DNA of 56,182 nt from Patescibacteria group bacterium (GTDB taxonomy: Bacteria; Patescibacteriota; Minisyncoccia; UBA6257; UBA9933): the NCBI GenBank assembly GCA_038078555.1, contig JBBTYQ010000008.1, positions 1-56,182 on the forward strand, read 5' to 3'. Below are positions 9,214 to 18,913 of this stretch, in pieces. The translations under genes were made by a program, and so were the position numbers. Position 1 is the stretch's first letter; each line of letters opens with the position of its first letter. The notes beneath the pieces were generated by a model. The model saw nothing but the letters and a program-made list of their open reading frames with translations, did not search any database and was not told where the DNA came from.

Positions 9214-9281
9214 TTTCAAATAATGCCAATAATTTATTCGCATTATTTGCTTAAGATTCGCATTATTTGCGAACACTATTC

Positions 9282-9764
9282 ATGAAGATAATCCTCCTTC
9301 AAGATATTCCCAAAATCGGCAAAAAAAACGACGTTAAAGAAGTTTCCGAAGGTTATGTCAGAAATTTTTTGATTCCCAAAAGTCTGGCAAAAATCGCTGC
9401 TGAAGAAGATATAAAAAAAATTGAGAAATTAAAGGAAGAAAAATTAAAAGAAGAAAAAACTTTAATAAGCGCCCTGGAAGCAATCGCCAAAAAATACAAC
9501 AATAAAGAGTATCATTTTTATCCGGAAATGGGGGATAGCGGCGAAATTTTTAATCCAATAAACCGAGAGCAGATAAAAAACGCCTTTATCATATCTCTTA
9601 ATTCAACTCCGCAAGAACTTAAAAATTATATTTCAGAAAATCTCCGCGTTGATTTGGCAAAATCGTTAAAAACCCTGGGAGAACATATCATTCCAATAAA
9701 CTTAGGCAGAAATATCAGGTTTAACGCCAAAATAATTTTAAACCGAGATGGAATAAAATCCTGA
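9282..9764 (+). CDS. rplI: 50S ribosomal protein L9
   Basis: MKIILLQDI..G....VSEGYVRNFLIP. Confidence 0.9.
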   Translation: MKIILLQDIPKIGKKNDVKEVSEGYVRNFLIPKSLAKIAAEEDIKKIEKLKEEKLKEEKTLISALEAIAKKYNNKEYHFYPEMGDSGEIFNPINREQIKNAFIISLNSTPQELKNYISENLRVDLAKSLKTLGEHIIPINLGRNIRFNAKIILNRDGIKS

Positions 9765-9775
9765 CTAACGCTAAT

Positions 9776-9810
9776 AAAAAAATCCTCCAACATCGTTGGA
9801 GGATTTTTTT
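9776..9810. terminator. bidirectional terminator between rplI and rpmA
   Basis: A7-TCCTCCAAC-ATC-GTTGGAGGA-T7. Confidence 0.85.
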
Positions 9811-10081
9811 ATTCCACGTTTATAACAGTGGCATAGCGATGATTTCCGTCAAAGCAAGTTTTTTTCTTTGAAGCAAATTTAACTACGCCGTTTTTTCCGG
9901 CATAAAGCGTATCGTCGCCGGCGCGCCTGACATTTTGACCGGGTAAATATTTAGTGCCTCTTTGCCTGATTAAAACCTCGCCGGCATTAACGGCTTCGCC
10001 ATTTTGCCTTTTTATGCCTAATCTTTTTGCTCTGGAGTCTCTACCTAATTTAGTAGAGCCTCCGGATTTAGTATGTGCCAT
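9809..10081 (-). CDS. rpmA: 50S ribosomal protein L27
   Basis: [25 protein letters not shown]. Confidence 0.97.
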   Translation of the reverse strand: MAHTKSGGSTKLGRDSRAKRLGIKRQNGEAVNAGEVLIRQRGTKYLPGQNVRRAGDDTLYAGKNGVVKFASKKKTCFDGNHRYATVINVE

Positions 10082-10328
10082 TTTTCTCTAAAATTTGAAG
10101 CGAGAGTGGACAAATTTTAGATAGAAAAATGAGCACCCCGTTCCAATTTTGTTAAAATTTTTAGAACAAATCTTTTTATTTAAAATAATTATGATTTTCT
10201 CTCGCAATCTGCGAGTGCCGAATAGGCACACCCCGTTATGGGCAAAGCGGATTGCCATGACTTATCCCGCAAAATTGAAGCGGGGTTGCCATTAGTAATT
10301 TATTCCATTTTAATCTATAATTATTTTT

Positions 10329-11042
10329 ATGTCAACCAAAAAACTTGTTTTTGATATTGAAACCGTGGGCGCTGATTTTGATTCTTTAGACAAAACCACG
10401 CAGGAAGTCCTTACTAAATGGATTAAAAAGGAATCATCTGACGAAGAAGATTATAAAGAAGCTTTAAGAGAATTAAAAGAAGGTTTGGGCTTTTCGCCGC
10501 TTACCGGAGAAATCGTAGCCATAGGAGTTTTTGATGTTGAAAAAAATCAAGGCGCGGTTTATTTCCAAGCGCCCGGCGAAAATATAGAAGAATTCACAGA
10601 AAACGGAATTAAATTCAAGCAAATGACCGAGGAAGAAATGCTTAAAAATTTCTGGACTGGCGCATTGCAATACGATGAATTTATAACTTTTAACGGCAGG
10701 GGATTTGACGCGCCGTTTATGATGATAAGATCGGCAGTTCACGGCATCAAGCCGACAAAAAATTTAATGGAAGGCCGATATTTATATCAGCAAAGAGACT
10801 GCAAGCACATAGACCTTCTTGACCAATTGACTTTTTACGGAGCAGTTAGAAGAAAAGGCAACTTGCATTTATGGAGCAAAACTTTTGATATTAAAAGTCC
10901 GAAAGATGAAGGCGTTACCGGCGACGATGTCGGCCGGTTGTTTAAAGAAAAGAAATTTTTGGAGATTGCCAAGTATAATGTCGGCGATTTGCGCGCCACC
11001 AAAGAACTTTATGAAAGATGGAATAAATTTATTAATTTATAA
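10329..11042 (+). CDS. PolB-related 3'-5' exonuclease (RNase H-like)
   Basis: FDIET, TFNGRGFD, HIDL, YNVGD exonuclease motifs. Confidence 0.85.
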   Translation: MSTKKLVFDIETVGADFDSLDKTTQEVLTKWIKKESSDEEDYKEALRELKEGLGFSPLTGEIVAIGVFDVEKNQGAVYFQAPGENIEEFTENGIKFKQMTEEEMLKNFWTGALQYDEFITFNGRGFDAPFMMIRSAVHGIKPTKNLMEGRYLYQQRDCKHIDLLDQLTFYGAVRRKGNLHLWSKTFDIKSPKDEGVTGDDVGRLFKEKKFLEIAKYNVGDLRATKELYERWNKFINL

Positions 11043-11219
11043 ATGTTTAAAGAAAAATTTTTTCAATTTAAAGAATGGTTAAAAGAAAACGAAAAAAATA
11101 TCATGTTTGTTATATTGTTGCTTTTAATCGCTTTTCTAAGCTTCGGCTTGGGTTATTTGGCTAATCAAGAATTCAATCGCGCTCCTATTATTATTGAAAA
11201 ATGTCTTACTGTTGAATGA
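11043..11219 (+). CDS. small membrane protein (58 aa, absent from the ORF track)
   Basis: MFKEKFFQFKEWLKENEKNIMFVILLLLIAFLSFGLGYLANQEFNRAPIIIEKCLTVE; abuts the upstream stop; one transmembrane helix. Confidence 0.75.
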   Translation: MFKEKFFQFKEWLKENEKNIMFVILLLLIAFLSFGLGYLANQEFNRAPIIIEKCLTVE

Positions 11220-11229
11220 AATTATTTAT

Positions 11230-11257
11230 TTGACAAAAATGTTCTTTTTGCTAACAT
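11230..11257 (+). promoter_or_regulatory. sigma70 promoter
   Basis: TTGACA-16 nt-TAACAT with TGn. Confidence 0.6.
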
Positions 11258-11306
11258 AAAATAAGAAAATTTTTACAGCTAATTACAACTAAAAAGGAGG
11301 AGTGTT

Positions 11307-11588
11307 ATGAAAGACTGGTGTGAGAACGAAATAATAGAAATAGTTACAGAACAAATACAAAGCTTATTAAGAGAAAAACAACTTAACGCGCCTTTAGCGC
11401 CCCTTCCAAAGTTCAGCATCATCACTACGTATTGCGGCGAGAATGGCGCTGATCTCAAAAAAACGTGTGAAATAAAAATCACGTTTTATGCTAAAGACGG
11501 TTTGCCGATAGAGCTTATCGGCACAGGGGAAACGCCATATGATGCCTACGACGATCTGACGACGCACCCGAGTAATCTTCTTTCCTAA
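11307..11588 (+). CDS. hypothetical protein
   Basis: AAGGAGGAG ribosome-binding site, own promoter and terminator. Confidence 0.65.
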   Translation: MKDWCENEIIEIVTEQIQSLLREKQLNAPLAPLPKFSIITTYCGENGADLKKTCEIKITFYAKDGLPIELIGTGETPYDAYDDLTTHPSNLLS

Positions 11589-11606
11589 CCGCTTACCCTC
11601 CACTTC

Positions 11607-11634
11607 AAGCCCGCAAAAAATCGCGGGCTTTTTT
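11607..11634 (+). terminator. intrinsic terminator
   Basis: AAGCCCGC..GCGGGCTT followed by a T-run. Confidence 0.75.
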
Positions 11635-11659
11635 ATTTAAAATAAGCCTCATTTGTAAA

Positions 11660-11688
11660 TTGACAAATTAAGAAAAGTATGCTATGAT
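11660..11688 (+). promoter_or_regulatory. sigma70 promoter
   Basis: TTGACA-17 nt-TATGAT with TGn. Confidence 0.7.
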
Positions 11689-11729
11689 TGATTCAGTTTG
11701 AATTTAAAACTTAAAATTCAGAAAGGAGA

Positions 11730-12155
11730 GTGATGACAATGACGCATGAATTGACAGCCGCATTTGGAATAATTGAGGGGATGCCCAATTGCGAAAAATT
11801 AATTCTTTTAGTCCAAGATAAAAACAAACCAGAACCAAGAAGGTGGAAATTGCCGGGCGGAAAAAATAAAGAAAACGAATATCCAGAATTAACCGTTGTC
11901 CGGGAAATAAACGAAGAGATTGGAATTACCGTCCACCAGCCGCTTGATACTAACGTGATTTTCAAAAAACACGTCGAAGATAGCCACGTTTTTATTGTCT
12001 ATCGCGTCAAATATTACGATGGTGAAATAATGGCTGGAACAGAGATAGAACAAGTAGCTTTCTTTGAGCCCTGGCATATCAAACAATTAATACTTGCTGA
12101 TGAAATCCTGCCGCGCCATGCAATGGCGCTAACGCGATATCTGAAAATCATTTAA
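11730..12155 (+). CDS. NUDIX hydrolase
   Basis: WKLPGGK..ENE.PE.TVVREINEEIG Nudix box. Confidence 0.9.
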   Translation: MMTMTHELTAAFGIIEGMPNCEKLILLVQDKNKPEPRRWKLPGGKNKENEYPELTVVREINEEIGITVHQPLDTNVIFKKHVEDSHVFIVYRVKYYDGEIMAGTEIEQVAFFEPWHIKQLILADEILPRHAMALTRYLKII

Positions 12156-12183
12156 AAAACACTATCATAAGGAGGATATATTT

Positions 12184-12462
12184 ATGCTTAAAAGATTGCT
12201 TCAACGACTTGCTTATTCTATTATCCAAAAAACTAACGACCCCGATCGGCCCCAAGTCATTTTTACTCACACCGCCTGCGGTTCACAAAGCGTTGTTCCA
12301 CTTGTAAGATATTTTTCTTCATGGAAACAACCCGCATTCGAATGCTTAAAATGCGATAAGATCATAACCGAGAATGTCTCTGCCGCATTAATATTCCGGC
12401 AAGAGCGTCCTCAAGAACGGTCTGATGGTTTAATAACAGCCTACGAAATACATTTAGTCTAA
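12184..12462 (+). CDS. hypothetical protein, possible Zn-ribbon
   Basis: AAGGAGG ribosome-binding site; HxxC...CxxC. Confidence 0.6.
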   Translation: MLKRLLQRLAYSIIQKTNDPDRPQVIFTHTACGSQSVVPLVRYFSSWKQPAFECLKCDKIITENVSAALIFRQERPQERSDGLITAYEIHLV

Positions 12463-12479
12463 ATGATCGAAAAAAACTG

Positions 12480-12512
12480 CCCCATAGTAAAATTTTTACT
12501 ATGGGGCTTTTT
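12480..12512. terminator. terminator hairpin between convergent genes
   Basis: GCCCCATAGTAAAA-T-TTTTACTATGGGGC followed by a T-run. Confidence 0.75.
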
Positions 12513-12515
12513 AAT

Positions 12516-13289
12516 TTAAAAATATCCCACCTGTTTCAACCAATACTCATTTTCCCATTCCCATAATTTCTTGGCGCCTAAAAAAGCCTTAAAGTCTTCC
12601 TGCCAATAGGGGAATTCTTGAAGTTCGATTTCGCCTAAAAGTTCTGACCACTCATGCTGGCCCTCTTCGCACATTGGCATTGCAATTTTTCCGTTTCTAA
12701 ATGGCCGAATTTTATCACGGCCGCCTTTGCTTCGAAAAATCGCGCGACATTTCTTGCATTTTTTTATCTGGTCAATTCTTAAGATCCATCTGGTTTGCAA
12801 ATTAGGAAATTGCCTGTCTACAGCCGCCATATAGGCCGAAGTTTGAAGATTATAATCCCGATAAATTGCTTGTGATGTTTTAATATCCAAAACCCCGAAT
12901 TTTCCGTCAATTAAAGCCAAAGCATCCAAAGTGCCGGCATAGCGCTCGTCCATATTAACAATTTGCTTTTCCACCCACTCTGCATCAACCTGAATATTTT
13001 TTTCTTCTATAAATTTCATAAATGCGTCTATTGACGGCTTAATAGATAAGTCAATAACAGGGGACTCGCCAATTAAAATTTTTTCCACTGTTTCATGGAT
13101 TAAAGTGCCCTCTGAGGCTGAATTTTTTTTGATAGACTCTCCCTCTTCAAAATTGTTAAGTTCAGCGTAAAATTTATAAAGCGCCGGTTTTGCTTTGATT
13201 TCCACGATTTTTGTCACTCTCGGATACCAAATGCCGTCAATCTCATAACCGGCCATTCCTTTGAAATGTTTAATATCTACGTAATACAT
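12516..13289 (-). CDS. PD-(D/E)XK nuclease (Cas4/phage exonuclease-like)
   Basis: YPRVTKI, GTLIHE, YAGTLD, DIKTS and LQTSAY motifs. Confidence 0.8.
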   Translation of the reverse strand: MYYVDIKHFKGMAGYEIDGIWYPRVTKIVEIKAKPALYKFYAELNNFEEGESIKKNSASEGTLIHETVEKILIGESPVIDLSIKPSIDAFMKFIEEKNIQVDAEWVEKQIVNMDERYAGTLDALALIDGKFGVLDIKTSQAIYRDYNLQTSAYMAAVDRQFPNLQTRWILRIDQIKKCKKCRAIFRSKGGRDKIRPFRNGKIAMPMCEEGQHEWSELLGEIELQEFPYWQEDFKAFLGAKKLWEWENEYWLKQVGYF

Positions 13290-13293
13290 CGGT

Positions 13294-14685
13294 TTATTTT
13301 ATCAGCGAATCAGTTAATTTGTAAATATCGCCCGCGCCCATCATCACGACAATATAATCTGAATGTTTTGAGTCGGTTTTAATTATCTCCTTCAGCTTCG
13401 TTAATAAATTTTTAGAATCAGCCAAATGAACGACATTTTTTAATCTGTGGCTTTGTTTTTTCAGTCTATTTTTAATAGTTTCGGCTAATTTTTCAGAATT
13501 AACATTTTGCGATAATTCTTCCCGGCCCTTAACTTTATAAACATCCAAAAGCACCAGGACATTTGCCTCATTAAAAGCCCCTATGAAGTCATTAAATAAT
13601 GCTTCCAGCCTTTTTACTTGATGGGGCTGAAAAACGCATATAACGGCCGATTTTGGCCATTTTTGGGCTATTCCAGCAAGAGTTGCCCTGATTTCCGTAG
13701 GGTGATGAGCATAATCGTCGTAAACAGGAATTTTGAAGTCTGAATTACGAATATTACCTCGATATTCCATTCTGCGCCAGGCGCCGTTATATTTGCTTAA
13801 AGAATCGAAAATACTTTTATCGGCTACATTCAAAGTCTTAGCCATCGTATAAGCCGCCAAAGCATTGGAAATATTATGCTCTCCAGGAACTTTTAATGAT
13901 TTTCTGATTTTACTGACAGCTGATTTTGAACTGCCTTCTTTAACGCCATACCAAAATAATTTAATATTTTTATTTTTTGCGATTTTTTGTATTTTATTTT
14001 TTAAACTGAATAAATTTTTATCGTCTTTATTTAAAACTAAAATTCCTTCCGGCCTCACATTATTTATAAATTCAACAAAAGATTTTTTAACATTTGATAA
14101 ATTTTTATAAAAATCTAAATGTTCGCGGTCAATGTTGGTAATAATTGCGGCAAAGGGGGAGTAGTGCAAAAAAGACGCGTTATATTCATCCGCTTCCGCG
14201 ATTAAATAACCGCTTTTGCCTTTCCTGAAATTAGAGTCCTTAAATTCTCTTAATTTTGTCCCGACAATAACAGCTGGGTCAAAACCGGCTTCTATAAAAA
14301 TCAATGACAGCATCGAGGTTGTTGTGCTTTTACCGTGCGCGCCGGAAACAGCAATCGCCTTATGTTTTTTTATTAATTCTCCTAGCTCCTGACAATAAAG
14401 TTTTACAGGAATATTTAATTGCTTTGCTTTTATAATTTCCGGATTGTCTTTTGTGATTGCGGCGCTCGAAATAACCAACCTCAAGGAATCATCTATATTT
14501 GAAGCTTTGTGTCCGATAAATATTTTTGCGCCTTCTTTTTTCAATTGTTTTGTAATTTCTGAAAAATTTGCATCTGAACCGCTTACTTTATATCCTTCAG
14601 ACAAAAAATAGCGCGCTAAAGCGCTTACGCCAATTCCGCCAATACCGATAAAATGAATTCTTTTTAGAGGGGATAGTGATTTCAT
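13294..14685 (-). CDS. murC: UDP-N-acetylmuramate--L-alanine ligase
   Basis: GIGGIGVS, GAHGKSTT, EADE, DDYAHHPTEI, MGAGDI. Confidence 0.96.
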   Translation of the reverse strand: MKSLSPLKRIHFIGIGGIGVSALARYFLSEGYKVSGSDANFSEITKQLKKEGAKIFIGHKASNIDDSLRLVISSAAITKDNPEIIKAKQLNIPVKLYCQELGELIKKHKAIAVSGAHGKSTTTSMLSLIFIEAGFDPAVIVGTKLREFKDSNFRKGKSGYLIAEADEYNASFLHYSPFAAIITNIDREHLDFYKNLSNVKKSFVEFINNVRPEGILVLNKDDKNLFSLKNKIQKIAKNKNIKLFWYGVKEGSSKSAVSKIRKSLKVPGEHNISNALAAYTMAKTLNVADKSIFDSLSKYNGAWRRMEYRGNIRNSDFKIPVYDDYAHHPTEIRATLAGIAQKWPKSAVICVFQPHQVKRLEALFNDFIGAFNEANVLVLLDVYKVKGREELSQNVNSEKLAETIKNRLKKQSHRLKNVVHLADSKNLLTKLKEIIKTDSKHSDYIVVMMGAGDIYKLTDSLIK

Positions 14686-14758
14686 ACTTTCATGTTTGCT
14701 TGGTTTAATAAATTATCGCTGTCGCAAAATGATGGTTTTGCGTCATTACTTAATATAG

Positions 14759-14941
14759 TTATTGCAAATAGTCTAAAATCAACCTAATAAAACCTATTAA
14801 AAATTGCAAAGCCGCGTTAAATACCATAACTAAAAGATCAAACAGCAAAAAAATAAAACCTTCTAATAAATTGGAAAGCTTATCAGTTAATAAAGCTATT
14901 AAATTAATTAATTCCTTAAATTGCGCTGTAATTTGTTCCAT
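14759..14941 (-). CDS. small membrane hypothetical protein
   Basis: 60-aa hydrophobic ORF co-oriented between gltX and murC. Confidence 0.55.
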   Translation of the reverse strand: MEQITAQFKELINLIALLTDKLSNLLEGFIFLLFDLLVMVFNAALQFLIGFIRLILDYLQ

Positions 14942-14961
14942 ATATTTTTAAGCAGATATTT

Positions 14962-16446
14962 TTAAGAAAGATTTTTAATGGCTCTATCTATGCGCTTTAA
15001 AGTTTCTTCCTTGCCTATGGCTTCCATAATTTCAAACGGCGGCGGAGAAAATTGCTTTCCCGACACGCCCACGCGCAGCGGCCAAAATAATTCTCCTTTG
15101 CCTACTGCTTCAGCCAAAAACATGAGCGCGGCCTCAAGATTTTCTCTATTAAAATCAATTTCCGGTATTTTTTCCAATTCAATCATCACAAGCCGCAAAT
15201 TATCAGTCACCGCTGAAGGCGTCATATCTTTCCAAATTAAAAGCTTCGGCTCATAATCAGACAGCTCAAAAAAGAAATCCGCTCCTTCTTTAAAATCAGT
15301 TAATTTTTTCATCCTTTCTTTTTCTATGGCAACTGCCTTAATTAAAAGTTTTTTATTTTTATGCCATTCGTCCGGAATAAAATTTTCAAGCTCTTTAACT
15401 AAATCAACCGCTTCCATGCCTCTAATATAAGACGCATTTAACCAATCAAGCTTTTCAATATTAAAAACCGCGCCGGCTTTTTGAACTCTTTTAATTTCAA
15501 ATTCTTGTAATAATTCCTCTAAGCTTAAAATTTCTTTCTCATCCTTGGGATGCCAGCCCAATAAAGCTATAAAATTTACCATCGTTTGAGATAAATAACC
15601 CTTACAACGATAATCATTTAAAGAGGTGTCTAAATAACGTTTCGACAACTTTGACCGGTCTGGCGCCAAAATCAAAGGCAAATGAGCGTATTTGATTTCT
15701 TCAAAACCTAATGCTTGGCCGATAAGAATTTGCTTCGGCGTATTGGATAAATGGTCCTCGCCTCTTATTACATGCGTAATTTTCATCTCATAATCATCAA
15801 CTGCTCCGGCAAAATTAAAAAGCGGCGATTTTATATTTTTAGCAATAATAATATCTCCGATAAGACCAGCGTCGAATTTTATTTTTCCACGGATTAAATC
15901 ATGGACTTCTATTTCATGTTCCAAAATCTTAAAACGAATCACCGCGTTTTTACCTTCATTCAAACGTTTTTCTATTTCATCTTTGCTTAAATTTCGGCAC
16001 CGGCCGCCGTACTTAGGCGCCAGACCTTGGCTCATCATCGCCTGGCGATCGCCTTCTAATTCTTCTTTCGTACAAAAACAATAATAAGCTTTATTTTCGT
16101 CAAGTAATTTTTTTAGATAAGTTTCATAAATATCCAGCCGTTCTGACTGGCGATAAGGCCCGAATTCACCGCCCTTATCCGGTCCCTCGTCAAAATCAAA
16201 ATTTAACCATTTCAAGCCCTCTATTATATCGCGTTCGTACTCTGGTTTTGAACGCTCAATATCAGTATCTTCTATCCGCAAAATAAATTTACCATTATGT
16301 TGTCTGGCAAAAAGCCAATTGAAAAGCGCGGTTCTGGCGCCGCCCAAATGCATTGGACCGGTTGGACTAGGCGCAAAACGCGTACGCACCGGCTTATTAT
16401 GAGCTTGCTGAACTGTTTTTTTGTGGCTTTCAATCATAAAATCCAA
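14962..16446 (-). CDS. gltX: glutamate--tRNA ligase
   Basis: RFAPSPTG.HLGG, RIEDTD, IRGEDH, KLSKR. Confidence 0.97.
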   Translation of the reverse strand: MDFMIESHKKTVQQAHNKPVRTRFAPSPTGPMHLGGARTALFNWLFARQHNGKFILRIEDTDIERSKPEYERDIIEGLKWLNFDFDEGPDKGGEFGPYRQSERLDIYETYLKKLLDENKAYYCFCTKEELEGDRQAMMSQGLAPKYGGRCRNLSKDEIEKRLNEGKNAVIRFKILEHEIEVHDLIRGKIKFDAGLIGDIIIAKNIKSPLFNFAGAVDDYEMKITHVIRGEDHLSNTPKQILIGQALGFEEIKYAHLPLILAPDRSKLSKRYLDTSLNDYRCKGYLSQTMVNFIALLGWHPKDEKEILSLEELLQEFEIKRVQKAGAVFNIEKLDWLNASYIRGMEAVDLVKELENFIPDEWHKNKKLLIKAVAIEKERMKKLTDFKEGADFFFELSDYEPKLLIWKDMTPSAVTDNLRLVMIELEKIPEIDFNRENLEAALMFLAEAVGKGELFWPLRVGVSGKQFSPPPFEIMEAIGKEETLKRIDRAIKNLS

Positions 16447-16539
16447 TTTATTATACTAAAAATAAAGCCTTTTGAAAAGGTCAAATTTGTCGCAAAATAT
16501 CAATCACTAATCGCTATTCACTAATCCCTCGTCATTTTC

Positions 16540-17691
16540 TTATCCCTTGCTTCCAAGTCTTATTATTTCCTCGCTGATAATTTTAGCTGCATCCGGTTTA
16601 AAAAATTTCTTAGCCGATTCAGACATTGATTTAAAAAGTAATTGATCGTTAAAAATTTTATTAAGCTGATTAATAAAAATACCGGCTTTTAAATTGCTTT
16701 CTTCAATAATAGTGGCTGCTCCGGTTTTGGCATATTCATAGGCATTTAAAATTTGATGCGGTCCGACTATTTCTTCCGGCAAAGGAATTAAAATTGCCGG
16801 CTTGCCGAAAGCCGAAATTTCAAAAATTGCGCCAGAACTGGCCCGAGAAATAACCAAATCAGCGGCGCAATAAGCGTCTTTCAAATCTTTATCAAAATAA
16901 GGCGCAATTTTATAAGCTGATTTTTCTTCTTCTGAATAATTTTTCAATAAAAGATTCAGCTCTTTTTTCATTTCTTCAAAATTACCGACGCCAACCTGGT
17001 GTAAAATTTGATAATCTTTCATTAATTCCAAAGCAATACTGAAAAAAAATTCATTTAATTTAGCAGAGCCCTGAGAGCCGCCTAAGATCATTACTAATTT
17101 TTTAGTCTGATCAAAACCAAAAACCCTCTTAGCTGTCCCCTGTTCCAATATACTTCCCAATAAAAGCGAACGCCTGACCGGATTGCCTACTAGCGCAACT
17201 TTTTTGAGCAACTTGGGCTTTTGACCAAAAATACCGGCAGCCGACTCAAATGAAATCCCGATTCTTGAAGCATAACGAGCCGCAATTTTATTAGCCAAAC
17301 CAATTACCGCATCGGAATCGTGAATCATCACCGGTATCCGATAAAATCTCGAAGCCATCACCACCGGCAAACTGCCGGGTCCGCCTTTAGAAAATAAAAC
17401 ATCCGGCATAAACCAAAAAATTTTCCACATTGCCTGAATGAAGCTTAAAAAAAACTTGGGAATATCTAAAAAATTTTTTAAATCAAAATATCTCCGCCAT
17501 TTTGCCGATATTATCTTTGAAACTAAAATGCCGTTTGACGCAAGCAAATATTGATAAGAGCCGTATGCGCCGAAATATCTTAAATCTAAATTAATATTTT
17601 TTTGAGAAGCCAAAATTTGCAGTTCTTCAGCAACCGCTAAAATAGGATAAATATGTCCGCCTGTTCCTCCGCCGGTGAATAAAATTCTCAA
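16540..17691 (-). CDS. murG: undecaprenyl-PP-MurNAc-pentapeptide GlcNAc transferase
   Basis: GGGTGGH, GNPVR, GGSQG, HQ..NA. Confidence 0.95.
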   Translation of the reverse strand: MRILFTGGGTGGHIYPILAVAEELQILASQKNINLDLRYFGAYGSYQYLLASNGILVSKIISAKWRRYFDLKNFLDIPKFFLSFIQAMWKIFWFMPDVLFSKGGPGSLPVVMASRFYRIPVMIHDSDAVIGLANKIAARYASRIGISFESAAGIFGQKPKLLKKVALVGNPVRRSLLLGSILEQGTAKRVFGFDQTKKLVMILGGSQGSAKLNEFFFSIALELMKDYQILHQVGVGNFEEMKKELNLLLKNYSEEEKSAYKIAPYFDKDLKDAYCAADLVISRASSGAIFEISAFGKPAILIPLPEEIVGPHQILNAYEYAKTGAATIIEESNLKAGIFINQLNKIFNDQLLFKSMSESAKKFFKPDAAKIISEEIIRLGSKG

Positions 17692-17768
17692 TAAATTAAG
17701 TATCAGGTGTTAGATATTAGGCGTTAGGTGATTTATCTAAAACCTAAAAATCAAAACCTAAAAACTAT

Positions 17769-18884
17769 TTAAGTATACTTTGAAATATTAGCAATAATTC
17801 CAGTCATCGTCAAAAAAGCCGCAAGCGATGTTCCGCCAAAACTTATAAACGGCAGCGGAATTCCGGTTAAAGGCAATAATCCGGAATTCGAAGCCATATG
17901 AACAAACGCCTGAATTGCGATGATTGAAATAAATCCGATCACGGTAAATTTCGCAAACTGATCGCGTGATTTTTTTGCAATATAAAAACCTCTTATTATA
18001 AGTACTAGAAAAACAGAAATAAGAGTGGAAACTCCGACAAAACCAAACTCATTGGCAATTACCGAAAAAATCGAATCGCCTATCGACTCAGGCAGATATT
18101 TATTTTTAATAGTTGATTTTCCAAAACCAACGCCGAACAATCCTCCGGAACCAATCGCCATCTTAGATTGATTTAACTGATAACCGATTGTTTCTAAATT
18201 GCTCTCATTATTAAAATAAGCCTTGATTCTGTTATAACGGTAACCGCTTGATACGATAACCAAAGATATTGCAACAATTCCGATAAGCGCAATGCCTAAA
18301 ATGTGATGCAACTTTGCGCCGCTTATAAAATAAACCGTCATAGCTGAAAACATGATTATAACAAAAGTCGTAGTAGCCGGCTGGCTTAAAATCAAAAACG
18401 CTACTAATCCGGAAATTGCCAAAAGCGGCAAAAACCCCTTATAAAAACTCGCCTGCCTATTCGCCCTTAAGTTGCTTAGCCAAGCGGCCAAATAAAGAAT
18501 AAAAGAAATCTTAAGCAACTCTGCCGGTTGAATTGATATCGGTCCCAAAGTAAGCCAGCGGCTCGCGCCCTTGCTGTAAGATATGCCCAAAGGGCTGAAG
18601 ACTAAGATTAAAGCAATGATGCTTACAAGTAAAAGAAAAGGTGCAAATTTTTCCAGATTTTTATAATAAAATTTAATGGTTATAAAAAGACCTACGATGC
18701 CTAAACTAAATCCGTAAAGTATTTGATGCTTAAGATAATAATATGTGTCATTAAATTTTTCTTTGCCTAAATCAGAAGAAGCGCTGGACAACATCAATAA
18801 TCCGAAAACAGATAAAATTATCACGCAACATATAAAAACGTAATCCGGCCGGTGCTTTGTTTTTGGCTTGCTAAATTTAAACAT
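17769..18884 (-). CDS. ftsW: SEDS peptidoglycan polymerase FtsW
   Basis: GASRW, IQPAE, YLPE..GD, TGIPLPFISFGG; adjacent to murG. Confidence 0.88.
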   Translation of the reverse strand: MFKFSKPKTKHRPDYVFICCVIILSVFGLLMLSSASSDLGKEKFNDTYYYLKHQILYGFSLGIVGLFITIKFYYKNLEKFAPFLLLVSIIALILVFSPLGISYSKGASRWLTLGPISIQPAELLKISFILYLAAWLSNLRANRQASFYKGFLPLLAISGLVAFLILSQPATTTFVIIMFSAMTVYFISGAKLHHILGIALIGIVAISLVIVSSGYRYNRIKAYFNNESNLETIGYQLNQSKMAIGSGGLFGVGFGKSTIKNKYLPESIGDSIFSVIANEFGFVGVSTLISVFLVLIIRGFYIAKKSRDQFAKFTVIGFISIIAIQAFVHMASNSGLLPLTGIPLPFISFGGTSLAAFLTMTGIIANISKYT

Positions 18885-18913
18885 ATTTTCAAAAATTATC
18901 CGCGCAAATATTA

